Source: Octopus vulgaris
Lineage: Eukaryota
Assembly: GCA_951406725.2 (NCBI GenBank)
Contig: OX597827.1
Location: forward strand, 9,672,001-9,736,000
Direction: 5' to 3'
Length of the DNA stretch: 64,000 nt
In this document: in pieces, positions 1-14,812 of the stretch
How positions within the stretch are numbered: the stretch's first letter is position 1
Layout: each line of letters opens with the position of its first letter
Translations under genes and position numbers: made by a program
Notes under the pieces: generated by a model
The model's input: only the letters and a program-made list of their open reading frames with translations
Told to the model about the DNA's origin: nothing
The model's database searches: none

Positions 1-570
1 TATATATATACATACACATGTATGTGTGTGTATGAGTGTATGTATGTGTGTGTGTGCATAGGTATGCTTATATGTATGTATATAACTGTCCTAACGACAC
101 TTCTCTCTCTTCCTCACTCTCAGTAAAAGGCTAAGAGCCACAAAAATTAGATTCTTTCCTCATCATGGCAGCTGTACTTACCAAACTTCAATCACATTTT
201 TCTATCCATATTTGAACTCATAATCAAAATTCTGTTATTCCCGTTATAACTGTTTTTATACCTGATATGAATGAAGGAATGAATGAATGAATGGGTTTGT
301 GAAAATCCGGATATCCAGGTATTAAAGTAATGATGGGACAAGAATTTTTATAGCTTCATATGCTCCTAACTATAAAAGAAAAAAAAAAACCCCAAAAAAC
401 AAGAATTGTTTAATGCTTTTGTGAACAATAACACTATTCATTATGTTACAGGTTTCCAACAAGCTAGGCACTGGTTTACTGAATTTCCTATGGCCAGATT
501 GACAAAAAGTGTCTGTGCATTTCAACCTGAATAAATACCATTAATATTCAAATGTACTTTCTTACCTATA

Positions 571-1665
<1,095 letters not shown>

Positions 1666-2089
1666 TGTGTATCATTTGCTAGTGAAGCAAACTTAAGTGA
1701 AAATAATTTGTGTTTTTCCAAAGGTACAAGACAATATGATTAGTTTGTCAAGTAGATTTGTATTTTAAACCAGCAGTTATCCAATTCTTTTAAAGAGAAT
1801 TACATTATTATTACATTGATTTTTTTTTTCTTGATATAATAGTTTCAAATTCTATGAAAATATTGAAGAAAAATAAAGAAAAGAAATGTATATAAAGTAA
1901 GACATGTTGTTGCACCCCGATCAGTATAAGAAAAAGTAAAATTTTAGTCCAGTCCCTTTCATCAGGGAAGTTTAATAAAGATATAGAGAAAATCTTTGAA
2001 AATACAGATATACATGAAGCAATAAACTAAAAATGTCTTACTCACCCTCCCTGTTGAGTCTAATCACATGCAGGGAGTGAATGTGTGCT

Positions 2090-2792
2090 CTTCTTCGCAG
2101 TCACATCTCACAAATGAACCTTTTTTTGTACTGAATAGTGACTGGTGATGAGAAATGGGTTCTTTATAAAGATGTCAAACACCAAAGAGTGAGTAATGAA
2201 AGGAGAAACAATGGCACCCCAAGTTAAAGATGCTTTTCACCCACATTAGATGTTGTTATCTGTTTGGTGGGATATGAAAGGATTAGTCCATTTTGAATTT
2301 ATAAACCCAAACCAAAATGTAACAAAGGAGATCTACTGTGAGTAGCTTGAGCAGCTTAAGTTGGCACTAGAAGGAAAATGATAATCTTTGGCTTCAAGAC
2401 AAAAGGTGTCCTTCCATCAGGATAATGTACAGCCACATACAGTGAAGCTGACATTCCAAAGGCTGGAGCAGTTTCAATGGGAAACAATGCTCTGCCCACC
2501 ATATTCGCCAGATATTGCTCCATCTGACTATCATTTATTTCACAGTCTTCAAAATCATTTGGACAGAAAAAATATGAATTCTCTAGACGAGGTCAGAACA
2601 GTAATGGAGGAATATTTTTCATCCAAGACAAGTGGATTTTGGAAGCAGCACCTTGTAAGTCTACCAGATAGATAGAAGAACATTATAGAAAATGAAGGAG
2701 AGTATATTTTAGATTAAAAAAGAACTTTATCTTAATTTTGAAAAATAAAAAATTATAAAAGAACCACATTATTTAAGGTATGATCCAATGTA
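2090..2792 (+). mobile_element. Degenerate mariner (DD34D-type) transposon, 3' part
   Basis: Broken frames encode IVTGDEKWVLY, LSVWWDMKG, FHQDNVQPH and PPYSPDIAPSDYHLF (ORF 2388..2675). A TIR-like end lies near 2764-2790, followed by TA. Confidence 0.9.
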
Positions 2793-2914
2793 TATATACT
2801 TATATGTGTGTATACATACACTTATAGATATATACATACATACTCACACACAATATATATATATATATATACATATATGTATATATATATGTATATATAT
2901 ATGTGTGTGTGTGT

Positions 2915-3224
2915 AGGCCCAGTGGTTAGGGCAGCGGACTCGTGGTCGAAAGATCACAGTTTCGATTCCTTGACCAAGCATTGTGAGTGTTTATTGAGCA
3001 AAAACACCTGAAGCTCCACGAGGCTCTGGCAGGGGGTGGTGGCGATCTATGCTGTACTCTTTCACCGCAACTTTCTCTCACTCTTTCTTCTGTTGGCCTG
3101 CTCACTTAACCAGCGGGGTGGCGTCATTTGAAGGCTAAACTAAAACAATGCGAAGCGCATTGTGACCAGCGATTTGTAACAACATCTGATAGCCTGGTCG
3201 GTCATGTGATCATGTGTCACGTGA
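2915..3224 (+). mobile_element. tRNA(Arg)-like SINE, probably octopus OR-type (short-tail variant)
   Basis: Head GGCCCAGTGGTTAGGGCAGCGGACTCG...GTTTCGATTCC has A/B boxes. The 5' half is shared with the copies at 53611 and 47972 but the 3' half differs. Confidence 0.75.
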
Positions 3225-3502
3225 TATATATATATATATATATATATGGCAAGTCTCTGTGCAGTTTATCCAGTATCTGAATTGCGCTGTCCCTCTTTAG
3301 AACTCAGATCTTGACACAACGTAAAATATATTCTGTAAGTAATATGCAAGAATTTGTGTCCTACATAAGGGGGTGGGGTAATGTTTCTGTTATGCTATAT
3401 TTTAAAGACAACAAGCTGTATTAAACATTTATACCACAACATGCTTGTATACCACTGCATGTTTGTATTCTATGATGTGATAGCATGAATATACATGTGT
3501 AT

Positions 3503-3930
3503 ACTCTTTACTCTTTTACTCTTTTACTTGTTTCAGTCATTTGACTGCGGCCATGCTGGAGCACCGCCTTTAATCGAGCAACTCGACCTCGGGACTTATT
3601 CTTTTGTAAGCCCAGTACTTATTCTATTGGTCTCTTTTGCCGAACCGCTAAGTGACAGCAGGGACGTAAACACACCAGCATCGGTTGTCAAACAATGCTA
3701 GGGGGACAAACACAGACACACAAACACACACACACACATACATATATATACATATATATACATATATACGACAGGCTTCTTTCAGTTTCCGTCTACCAAA
3801 TCCACTCACAAGGCATTGGTCGGCCCGGGGCTATAGCAGAAGACACTTGCCCAAGGTGCCACGCAGTGGGACTGAACCCGGAACCATGTGGTTGGTTAGC
3901 AAGCTACTTACCACACAGCCACTCCTGCGC
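3503..3930 (-). mobile_element. Abundant tRNA-derived SINE (probably octopus OK family), full length
   Basis: Head GCGCAGGAGTGGCTGTGTGGTAAG...GGGTTCAGTCCC, CORE-like TTGGGCAAGTG, internal (TA)/(TG) microsatellite, tail GAAACAAGTAAAAGAGTAAAAGAGTA. More than 10 related copies in the window. Confidence 0.85.
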
Positions 3931-4229
3931 TACATTGTATGTGTATGTGCATTTATGCATATATATACATAAATGCATAATTACCTGAATGTCTTTTCTG
4001 TGCTCTCTGAGGACTATAGTGAACGCAGTCTCTTGTGACCATTTTGATAGGTCTTACATGTTTACAAGTCTTGAGTTGCATATACCATCATTGGAAGCAA
4101 CAAGGAGTTAACTGTGTTATCTGAAGCCACCAAATTATGTATATATGCAAGCACATTTGTATGCATGTATGTATATTTTACATATGTGACTGCTTCAGAT
4201 ATTTCACAATGAATACACACACACATATG

Positions 4230-4284
<55 letters not shown>

Positions 4285-4326
4285 GTATATATATATGTGT
4301 GTGTGCGTACATATATATGTATACAT

Positions 4327-4376
<50 letters not shown>

Positions 4377-4567
4377 GTATATACACACACATATATATAT
4401 ATGTATGTATATACATACACTCATTCTTCTCTCTCATGCACACACAGACAAACATATTTGCACATGCCATGCATATATATGAATATATACATATACATAT
4501 ATTGACAAGAGCATACATCCTTCATCTATATATGTGTGTTTATATCTATGCATAAGTATAGATATTC

Positions 4568-4883
4568 CTTGACTTATTCTTTGTAAGCCTAGTACTTTTG
4601 CCGAACTGCTAAGTTACGGAGACGTAAACACACTAGCATCGGTTGTCAAGTGATGGTGGGGGACAAGCACAGATACACAAACATATACACACTCACACGC
4701 ACACACATACGATAGGCATCTTTCAGTTTCCATTACCATATCTACTCAGAAGGCTTTGGTTGGCCCTAGGCTATAGTATAAGACACTTGCCTAAGGTGCC
4801 ACACAGCGGGACTGAACCCAGGACCATGCGGGGCCATGTGGTTGGTAAGCAAGCTACTTACAACACAGCTACTCCTGCACCTA
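4568..4883 (-). mobile_element. OK-type SINE, 3'-truncated
   Basis: Diverged match to the 3503-3930 copy. Confidence 0.75.
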
Positions 4884-5282
4884 TGTATGTATATCATTTT
4901 TCAGTTTTAATTGAGGATTTCTTGCCAATAGGGAAAGAACCGGTTTCTAACCTAGATCCAAGGCTCCTTCATTGGAATTTCAACATCAACAACAGGGTAT
5001 TTTTGTATGTGTGTATGTATATGTGCAGATTTGTATGTTTTGTTTGTCAGTTATGAGATTAATGCATGATTAAGTAGGGTGTCCTTCACTTATATGGCAG
5101 GGAAACTGGGCAACCGGTCTTATGAACCCTCGGCCACAAGTGGACAAACTAAAATGAACTGAATTGTGATATCGAAAGAAATGAGTGACTTTCTTCATAC
5201 TTTTTTCCCAAAGGTTTTGGGTTCAAATTCTTTCAGGGTTAACTTAACATTTCTGCATTTGAGTTTAGAACTGTTATTGCTT

Positions 5283-5928
5283 TTAACCCTTTAGCATTCA
5301 GATTACTCTGCCAAATGTAATGCTTATTCAATCACATTGGTTTGAATTAATCCATGCATTAATCTCATAACTTTGAGATTTCAATGATGTAATTGTTTAT
5401 TTTTAGAATATAATTACTCTTTACTCTTTTACTTGTTTCAGTCATTTGACTGTGGCCATGCTGGAGCACCCCCTTTAGTCAAGCTAATCGACCCCGGCAC
5501 TTATTCTTTGTAAGCCCAGTACTTATTCTATCGGTCTCTTTTGCCGAACCGCTAAGTGAAGGGAGACGTAAACACACCAGCATCGGTTGTCTAGCAATGC
5601 TAGGGGGACAAACACAGACACACAAACATATACACACACACTTATATATATATACATATATACGACAGGCCTCTTTCAGTTTCCATCTACCAAATCCACT
5701 CACAAGGCATTGGTCGGCCCGGGGCTATAGCAGAAGACACTTGCCCAAGATGCCATGCAGTGGGACTGAACCCGGAACCATGTGGTTGGTTAGCAAGCTA
5801 CTATTTTTAGAATATAATTGTTTATTTTTAGAATGACATTGTAAAATAAGTATGACAGCCTAGATTTGGACATAAAGGGAGTAGAATATTTTGGCCAGAT
5901 ATGATCGGTTGAAATGCATAAATGTTAA
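5283..5928. mobile_element. TTAA-flanked MITE family 2 (interrupted by a SINE)
   Basis: TTAACCCTTTAGCATTCAGATTAC ... AAATG...GTTAA. Homologous copies at ~15610-15848 and ~49302-49524. Confidence 0.7.
5416..5801 (-). mobile_element. OK-type SINE, 5'-truncated, with 18-bp TSD, inserted in a MITE
   Basis: TATTTTTAGAATATAATT at 5398-5415 and 5802-5819 flanks the copy. Confidence 0.85.
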
Positions 5929-7869
5929 TGTTGCTTTATCCAGATCAACTTTGATTGAAGAAACCTACAATCAAAGCCGTTCCATCCATGACAATCACGT
6001 CTTTCAATGTATGTGTAGTGTTTCATTATGAACTGTGTGCTTTCTTTTCAAAGATGGCTGGATTTTTCTAAAGTAAGAATTGGTAGTTATTTGTAACAAG
6101 TCAAATGACAACATATGAGTTTTTTTTTTTCTTGGCTCATTGCATTTTGATTTGGTGAAATAAGCACCTTACCAGACATAGGAACAACTCGACTAACATT
6201 CTCTGCTCTACTAAATTTAAACTGACCTCTGTTTATTCAAAAGAAACGAACATTTGAAAGCTGGTGTTCTTGTAGGGGTACACACACCCCCTATGATTGT
6301 GCAAGAGAAACTGTGAGGGTACAGAACAGTTTGTAAAAAAACATTGCAATTTTAAAGTAAGTATCCATTGCAACAAACTTATCTGGAAAATATGTTAAAA
6401 GTATTTTACTATTCCCATTTACTTATCATTGTGAACAATGGTTTTCAATAATAATTGAAGCTAAAATCTACACACCCATTGAATCTTCTAAATTGAGACT
6501 TTTTGAAACCAATTTTTAAATGCAAGGAGCTGGAACAATTACTGCCTAGCAATTTGTTTGACATTCAAACAATTTAACCAGTCCCACATCATATATAACT
6601 TATTGAAGCTTTCTTTTTTACTTTCACACAGTGTATCCAGAAACACATAATTTGATATGTCCTTCCATTTAATGGTATTTTTTTAAGCAGAAATTTTGGA
6701 CCTTGGCAAAGCCTGTAGACTTAGAATATTTTGGTCTTTACTAATTACAGGCTTAAAATCACTTTCAAGAAGTCACTTTATATCTAGAACATGAGTATAT
6801 TGGACACTTCCTAAGACAACAAGCGGTTATCTCTGAGGTCACACAAACCTTTTAAAAACAGTAGCTAAATCTCGTTCTAATAACAGATTGCTGTCTTAAA
6901 AGGCCACATTAAATAATGTAATCTTATATAGACTGTTCTTGAAAAAGGATGGAATAGACATGGCTGGAACAACTTTGTTCATGCTTCCAACAGATCAGGA
7001 TGAACTAGTGATGGATGGGTAAAATAGCAATAGCAACGACTTCCTCTCTAACAGACACTGGGGAGATTGATTCCTATTATTATAAGGTAAGTAAAGAAAT
7101 ACATATTCATGAGGACACTTTGCTTCAGTGGAATTCAGCAGAGAGTGTTCTTATCTTTCCTATTGACATTAGCGAAAGAACAATTTCAGCTTGGAACACA
7201 CATTAGCCATTCAAAAACACCCCAAAATTGTTAACATCACTTTCTGTATGTATATAAGATGTATTTTTTTATTATTCTCAAATGAAACAAAAAATTGCCA
7301 TGCATCTAATGTAACTGTATGGATAGTATATGAGAGAAGGATGTAATATAATAAATTTGTTTGTTTTTTTTTTCCCACAAAATGTACTTTCTCTTCACAA
7401 AAATGTAGGGTGTTTGTCTTATGCGAGAGTGCATCATTTATACTGGCAAATGTGGTAAACATTTATTACTTGGCATCAAAATTTTTGTTGCACCAACTGC
7501 AACTTGGTCACTAACACAGTTTAACTGCAATGTTGCACTGTCAACACAAATTTCGACACTAAGTAATAAATGTTTAAGTGAAGTTAACAGTTTTTTCAGT
7601 GTGTTTTCAAGTGTTTTTCAATGGCTACCATGTGTCTCCCATGTTGTAATTGTTTTAGTTTCAATACACAATCTTGGATCAAAATACTTGCCACACACAA
7701 GTACATCTCTGAAATTAGTAAAATAATTTCATTAAAACAACACAAAACTGGGAATTGAATTAATTTTGCTGATTTGACTTCTCCAGCAGTTATTACATTT
7801 TAGTAATCAGGTTTATATTATGATAACTATCAGGATATATAAATCAGTGTATTACCTGATATATATATA

Positions 7870-8560
<691 letters not shown>

Positions 8561-8564
8561 CTTC

Positions 8565-8978
8565 ACCAAGGAAGTGAGCTGGCAGAATTGTTAGCACACA
8601 AGACCAGATGCTTAGAAGCATTTCTTTTGGTTTTATTCTCTGAATTTTAAATTTCACCAAGGTTGACTTTCCTTTCATAGTTTTGGGGTTGATAAAGTAA
8701 GTACAGTTGAAGACTAAAGGCTCCTCCCACCAAAATTTCAGGCCTTGTGCCTATAGAAGAAAGAATTATTACTGCTTCTATTAAGGCAGTGAACTGGACA
8801 TCAGTCCAGACAGTAGCATTTCATCTGGTTTTATGTTCTAAAACCAAGATTGATTTTACTTTTCATCCTTTCAGTGATGATAAAGTAAGTACCAGTTGAG
8901 TACTAGGGTCCAATGTAATCAATTAACTCCCACCCACTGCCCTCAACATTTTAGGCTTTGTGTTTATAGTAGAAAAAA
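8565..8978 (+). mobile_element. Two tandem diverged Nin/Deu SINEs
   Basis: Two repeats of GAGCTGGCAGAA...TTGACTTT-CCTTTCAT...GATAAAGTAAGTAC. Confidence 0.6.
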
Positions 8979-8980
8979 AT

Positions 8981-9400
8981 TACTCTTTTACTCTTTTACT
9001 TCTTTCAGTCATTAGACTGTGGCCATGCTGGAACACCGCCTTTAGTCAAGCAAATTGACCCCAGGACTTATTCTTTGTAAGCCTAGTACTTATTCTATCG
9101 CTCTATTTTGCTGAACTGCTAAGTTACGGGGACATAAACACACCAGTATCAGTTGTCAAGCGATGTTGGGGGGACAAACACAGACACACAAACACACACA
9201 CACACATACATATATTTATATATATATACATATATACGATGGGCTTCCTTCAGTTTCTGTCTACCAAATCCACTCACAAGGCTTTGGTCAGCCCGAGGCC
9301 ATAGTAGAAGACACTTGCCCAAGGTGACACGCAGTGGGAATGAACCTGGAACCATGTGGTTGGTAAGCAAGCTACTTACCACACAGCCACTCCTGTGCCT
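8981..9400 (-). mobile_element. OK-type SINE
   Basis: Full-length match to the 3503-3930 copy. Confidence 0.85.
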
Positions 9401-10380
9401 ATTACTCTTTTACTTTTTAATCATGAGGGATGGCAATATTCATGGCTTTCTACAGGTAGGAGAGAGGAAAATAATCTTAAACCAGAAACCTAGCCTGAAT
9501 CTTTGCAACAGAATGAATTTATTGGTGCCAGGTAGTGATGTTAAACTAGGAGATGAGTTAAATTTACTGCCCAAGGGAGCCATGGTGGAATTTGAACTCA
9601 GAATACAAGGAGCTGGGACAAATACCATAAGGTATCTGATCTGTTGTTCTTATAATTCTTGCCAGTCCATCCCCTTGGACTGGTACATTTTATTAATGCT
9701 GAAAGGATAAAAGGTGAAGTTGAGGTCAACAGGATTTGAACCCAGAACATAGGGAACATATACTGCAAAACATTTTGTCCAGTGCTCTAAGAACTCTACC
9801 AATTCTCCAGTTAATACGTGTATACACACATACGATTTTGTACCTACAAGGATCAGCATGTATGTATGTATGTATGTATGTATGTATGTATGTATGTATG
9901 TATGTATGTATGTATGTATGTATGTATGTATGTATGTATGTATGTATGTATGTATGTATGTATGCATGGGTTTGTATATGTACAGTGAAAGAGAGAGAGA
10001 GAGAGAAGATGCATATGCATTACTGCAAGCATTATGTATATGCATCATCACACTTAATCTGCCTCACACATAGCTGTAAATATTATGCATGCATTATCAT
10101 ACAACACACACACACACACACACACACGTACACACACATATGCATAAAGAAACATATATATATATATCTATAAATAAATGAATATATGAATATAAACACA
10201 CGTACGACACACAAACAAACACGCAAAATCCATGGATACACATACATATATATATGTTTATCGCTCGAAGATTGACCGTTTTTTTTTTTTTTTTTTTTTT
10301 TTCTAAAGGGCCAATCAAACAAGTCCATTTCTTTTTAAAGGTGTAGCGTTTGTAAGAGTATAGATTGAATTAATATATAA

Positions 10381-10542
10381 GTTCCATTCTAGCAAAAACT
10401 GTCTGATGAACGGCAACGAGAAACTCAGAGTAACAGATTTTGTTGAATTTTCTGCTGCTTAAAATAAAGCATATTACTCTACCACTGGTTTTTGAGTACT
10501 CTTTTTTCCACCTTGTTTCACATTTATGTGTTTACTCCGGTA
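10381..10542 (+). mobile_element. Penelope-like element terminal-repeat fragment carrying a hammerhead
   Basis: Near-identical to the reverse complement of 55306-55446. Both share the terminus ...GTGTTTACTCCGGT; this copy runs into (TA)n. Confidence 0.65.
10395..10441 (+). ncRNA. Minimal type-I hammerhead ribozyme motif
   Basis: AAAACTGT-CTGATGA-ACG-GCAA-CGA-GAAAC-TCAGA-GTA-ACAG(A)TTTT. Stem I is CTGT/ACAG, stem II is short and GNRA-capped, stem III is quasi-palindromic. Confidence 0.7.
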
Positions 10543-10839
10543 TATATATATACATATACATATATATATATATACATTTATACACAGATACGCGTGTTTA
10601 TGCACACACAAATATATGTAAGTATAGATGCTTGTATAGACAAATATATGCTAATATTTGCATGTGTGCATCTGTGCACATTATATGCAGATATTCATGC
10701 CTATATGGAGAGATGATCTGACTGCACACATGTCTCTTTATATTAGTTGTATGCTTATTTCTCTGAGAAGCTCTAAATATGCATCAATTTATTTATTGCT
10801 AAGCAGTGCATAGTCAATGTTTGATTAAGTGCGTGTGCA

Positions 10840-11106
10840 TAGGAGAATATATATGTGAGCGTGTGAGTGAGTGCCTGTGCATACGTGCGTGTATGTGTAA
10901 GTGTGCTTATGTGTATGCGTGTATGTGTGTGTGTGTGAGAGAGAGAGAGAGTATATGTGAGTGTGTGAGTGCCTGTGCATACGTGTGTGTATGTGTAAGT
11001 GTGCATATGTGTGTGTGTAAGCGTGTATGGTGTATATGTGTGTGTGTAAGTGAGTGCCTGTGCATACGTGTGTGTATGTGTAAGTGTGCATATGTGTGTG
11101 TATGCA

Positions 11107-11142
<36 letters not shown>

Positions 11143-11216
11143 TATATGTGAGTGTGTGAGTGCCTGTGCATACGTGTGTGTATGTGTAAGTGTGCATATG
11201 TGTGTGTATGCGTGTA

Positions 11217-11248
<32 letters not shown>

Positions 11249-11370
11249 TATATGTGAGTGTGTGTGTGAGCGCCTGTGCATACGTGTGTGTATGTGTTAG
11301 TGTGCATATGTGTGTGTATGTGTGTATGGTGTATGCGTGTATGGTGTATGTGTGTGAGAGAGAGAGAGAG
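10840..11370. repeat. Compound minisatellite built from TG/GA microsatellite blocks
   Basis: About five units containing GAGTGCCTGTGCATACGTGTGTGTATGTGTAAGTGTGCATATG. Confidence 0.85.
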
Positions 11371-11884
11371 GTTACTGGCAATTCAGAAGCTAAGTCTAGT
11401 GTACCAAGCTTACTCGTACTATATAATGCATATTAATGCAAATCATCCATTGGAACGGGCATCACGGATGCAGGTGCATAACAACATTATTGTATTCATT
11501 CACGCATACATACACACACACATTCACACTCACAGATATACACACTCTCATCACTCATGCACATTTGCATTGGCCCTTTTTCATTTCATAAATTTGATAG
11601 GTTCTCCCTTAGCTTATCAAATATACTTCACTCACATTATGATTTTGATCTTATTCAATAAAAATAACCTTTGAAACAATGTTTGGTCGATTTGTAACAT
11701 CAGTAATAGTGCGCTGTGTATGATGTATATATAAAAATCTGTCTCATCTGCTAAACAAATAGAAAAGGAAAGCGAAAGGCAAAAACAAACAACAACGAAC
11801 GCGTAAATAACACCATAAGAACATAAAGACAAAAGGATTTATACGGAATGTATTTCTCTTTTTGCTCTTATTTTCACATAGATG

Positions 11885-12520
11885 AGAGGCTCGAAATTTT
11901 AGCAAGAGGGAACAGTCAATAATATCAACCTCAATAACTTGATTGGTACTTATTTTATTGGCCCCCGAAAAAAAAAAAATTGAGGAGGAGATATGCGAAG
12001 TTGACCTCAGCAGGATTCGAACACAGAACAACAATGACAATAGCAGGAGCAATAACAATAATAATGGTTTTAAATTTCGGCACAAGGCCAGCAATTTCAG
12101 GGGAGGGGATAAGTCGATTACATCAACCCCGGTGTTCAACTGATGTTTATTTTATCGACCCTGAAAGGATGAAAGGCAAGGTTGATCTCGGCGGAATTTT
12201 ATTTTATTGGCCCCGAAAAAAATTGAGGAGGATATGTGAAGTTGACCTCAGCAGGATTTGAACACAGAACAACAATGACAATAGCAAGAACAATAACAAT
12301 TGTAATGGTTTTAAATTTCGGTACAAGGTCAGTAATTTCAGGGGAGGGGATATGTCGTTTACATCAACCCCAGTGTTCAACTGATGTTTATTTTATCGAC
12401 CCTGAAAGGGTGAAAGGCAAAGTTGATCTTGGCGGAATTTGAACTCAGAGCAGAGGACAGATGACGTGCTGCTAAGCATTTTGCCTGGCATGCTAACAAT
12501 TCTGCCAGCTCACCACCTTA
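11885..12520 (-). mobile_element. Cluster of Nin/Deu SINE pieces containing a ~250-bp tandem duplication
   Basis: Core TTATCGACCCTGAAAGGATGAAAGGCAAGGTTGA is repeated. Units ~11950-12198 and ~12199-12441 are near-identical. Confidence 0.75.
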
Positions 12521-13314
12521 ACAACAACAACAATAATAATAACAACAATAATAAAGTTTCTGATTGTTTCTAATTTAAGCATGGCCCCCAAAAGAATGAA
12601 AGGCAAAGCTGATCCCTAAAGGATTTGAATGCATAGCCTAAAGAACCTAATCAAATACTACATAATATTTTCTTCTCTTTGTTTTTCTAATATCCTAATG
12701 ATTTGGTCAATATATTGTCCATATTAATTTCTGATAATAGTCATAAGGCCATCAATTGTATTAGAGGGGTGTTATTCAATTACATCCATCCCAATACTTG
12801 GGTGGTTTTTTATTTTATTGCTCTCAAAAGGATAAAAGGTTAAGTTGACCTTAGCAGGACTCAAACTCAAGATGCAAGGAGCTGGAACAATTACTGCCTA
12901 GCAATTTGTTTGACATTCAAACAATTTAACCAGTCCCACATCATATATAACTTATTGAAGCTTTCTTTTTTTCTTTCACACAGCGTATCCAGAAACACAT
13001 CATTTGATATGTCCTTCCACTTTTAAGGTGGCAGATTTTGTGATTTGAGGGAGATTAACCAGTTATCTCTTGCAAATTTACTAGCCACGCAGAAATTCCT
13101 TCGTTGTTGCTCTCTCATTTTAAAAACAGTTTTTGCAGGTGCAGGCATGGCTGTGTGGTTAAGAAATTTGTTTTCCAACCATGTAGTTTGGGTTCAGTCT
13201 CACTGTATGGCACCTTGGGCAAGTGTCTTCTACTTTAACCATGGGCTGACCAAAGCCTTGTGAATGGATTAGCTAGACAGAAACTGATAGAAGAAAATTG
13301 TATCTATCTATCTT

Positions 13315-13390
<76 letters not shown>

Positions 13391-13488
13391 CCTATCGATT
13401 GATCCATCCATGTATCTATCCATTTGTGTGTCTATCTACCTATCTATCTATTGACTGATCCATCTATCCAAGTAGCTATCCATCCGTG

Positions 13489-13545
<57 letters not shown>

Positions 13546-13615
13546 ATCTATCTATCTATCTATCTATCGATTGATCCATGAGATCCATCCATGTATCTAT
13601 CCATCTGTGTGTCTT

Positions 13616-13724
<109 letters not shown>

Positions 13725-14729
13725 TTGTTTGCCTGTCTGCCAATTTATACATCTCTTTATATGTATATATCTATGTGTGTGTGTGTGTATGTGTGTGCTT
13801 GCACCTTCTTGTGTCACCCTGCCAAAATCATGTTTAGTCATGAGAAAGATTACCTTGCTTGGAAACAAATGAGGGATGACAACAGGAAGGATTATATCCA
13901 GCCACAGAAAATCTGTCCTAACAAATTCTATCTGACCCACACAAACAAGGGAAAGTAGATGACGAACTGATGATGATGATAATGAAGTAGAGCTGAAGAG
14001 ATGAAGTGGTTAACAAAAATGCGACACACGCTAATAATTTAGATCTCAAGGTAATGGCCCTCACAGAAGATGACAGAAGATAAAGAAAAGGTTCAATGCA
14101 ATCTACTGCAGACATTCATAACCTACGTTGGCACAACCAAAAGGGGATGAGGAGCTCTATGTAAGTGTTAACTGAGCTAGAAATGGTAGCCAAATCCCAC
14201 TCAAATTGCACACTACTCTCTTGAAAAAGGAATGAGACATGTATACACTATACTTTAAGGTGGAGATGATCACGGCTTTAACATTTTTGACTGGGTGTTG
14301 ATCTGGGGTTAATAACAACAACAACAGCAACATGACACATGGGGTGCATTTATCTGGGTATATGACATGCTAGAAATTACAACTAAATCTCCTTCAAAGC
14401 TTAAACCTACCATCTTATAAAGAGACATTGCAAAGAACCAACTTACAAAAAGACCACAACATGTGGTCCTGATTCCCTGCACACATAAAACAAGATTGGA
14501 GTGTGATAGCTAGAATTTACTCAAAGATGTGTTTGAATATGGCTGACCTGATGCAAAAACAACACCATTTGTCAGCATGGTATTGAAAATTATTCAATTG
14601 ACAATGACAATGAGGATGATGATGATGATGGTGATGTTGGGGAAGAAGATGATGAAGCTAATGAACCCTGAAGTGATAGAACTCTAACTGAAGGCAGTAC
14701 CACTTACTTGCCCCCAGAGTATACTTACA

Positions 14730-14812
<83 letters not shown>

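Noticed and set aside
3685-3988. Recurrent ORFs such as [29 protein letters not shown]
   Set aside because: Antisense translations of the OK-type SINE; they recur only because the SINE recurs.
4930-4978. Hammerhead-like TGAAGGA-stem-GAAACCGGTTC on the minus strand
   Set aside because: The core does not match CUGANGA and stem I does not pair; too weak to call, though it could be a decayed PLE motif.
11708-11740. CGCT motif plus TATA-like sequence reminiscent of the vertebrate protocadherin promoter element
   Set aside because: A four-base match with no CTCF-like context, and it is not upstream of a protocadherin exon.
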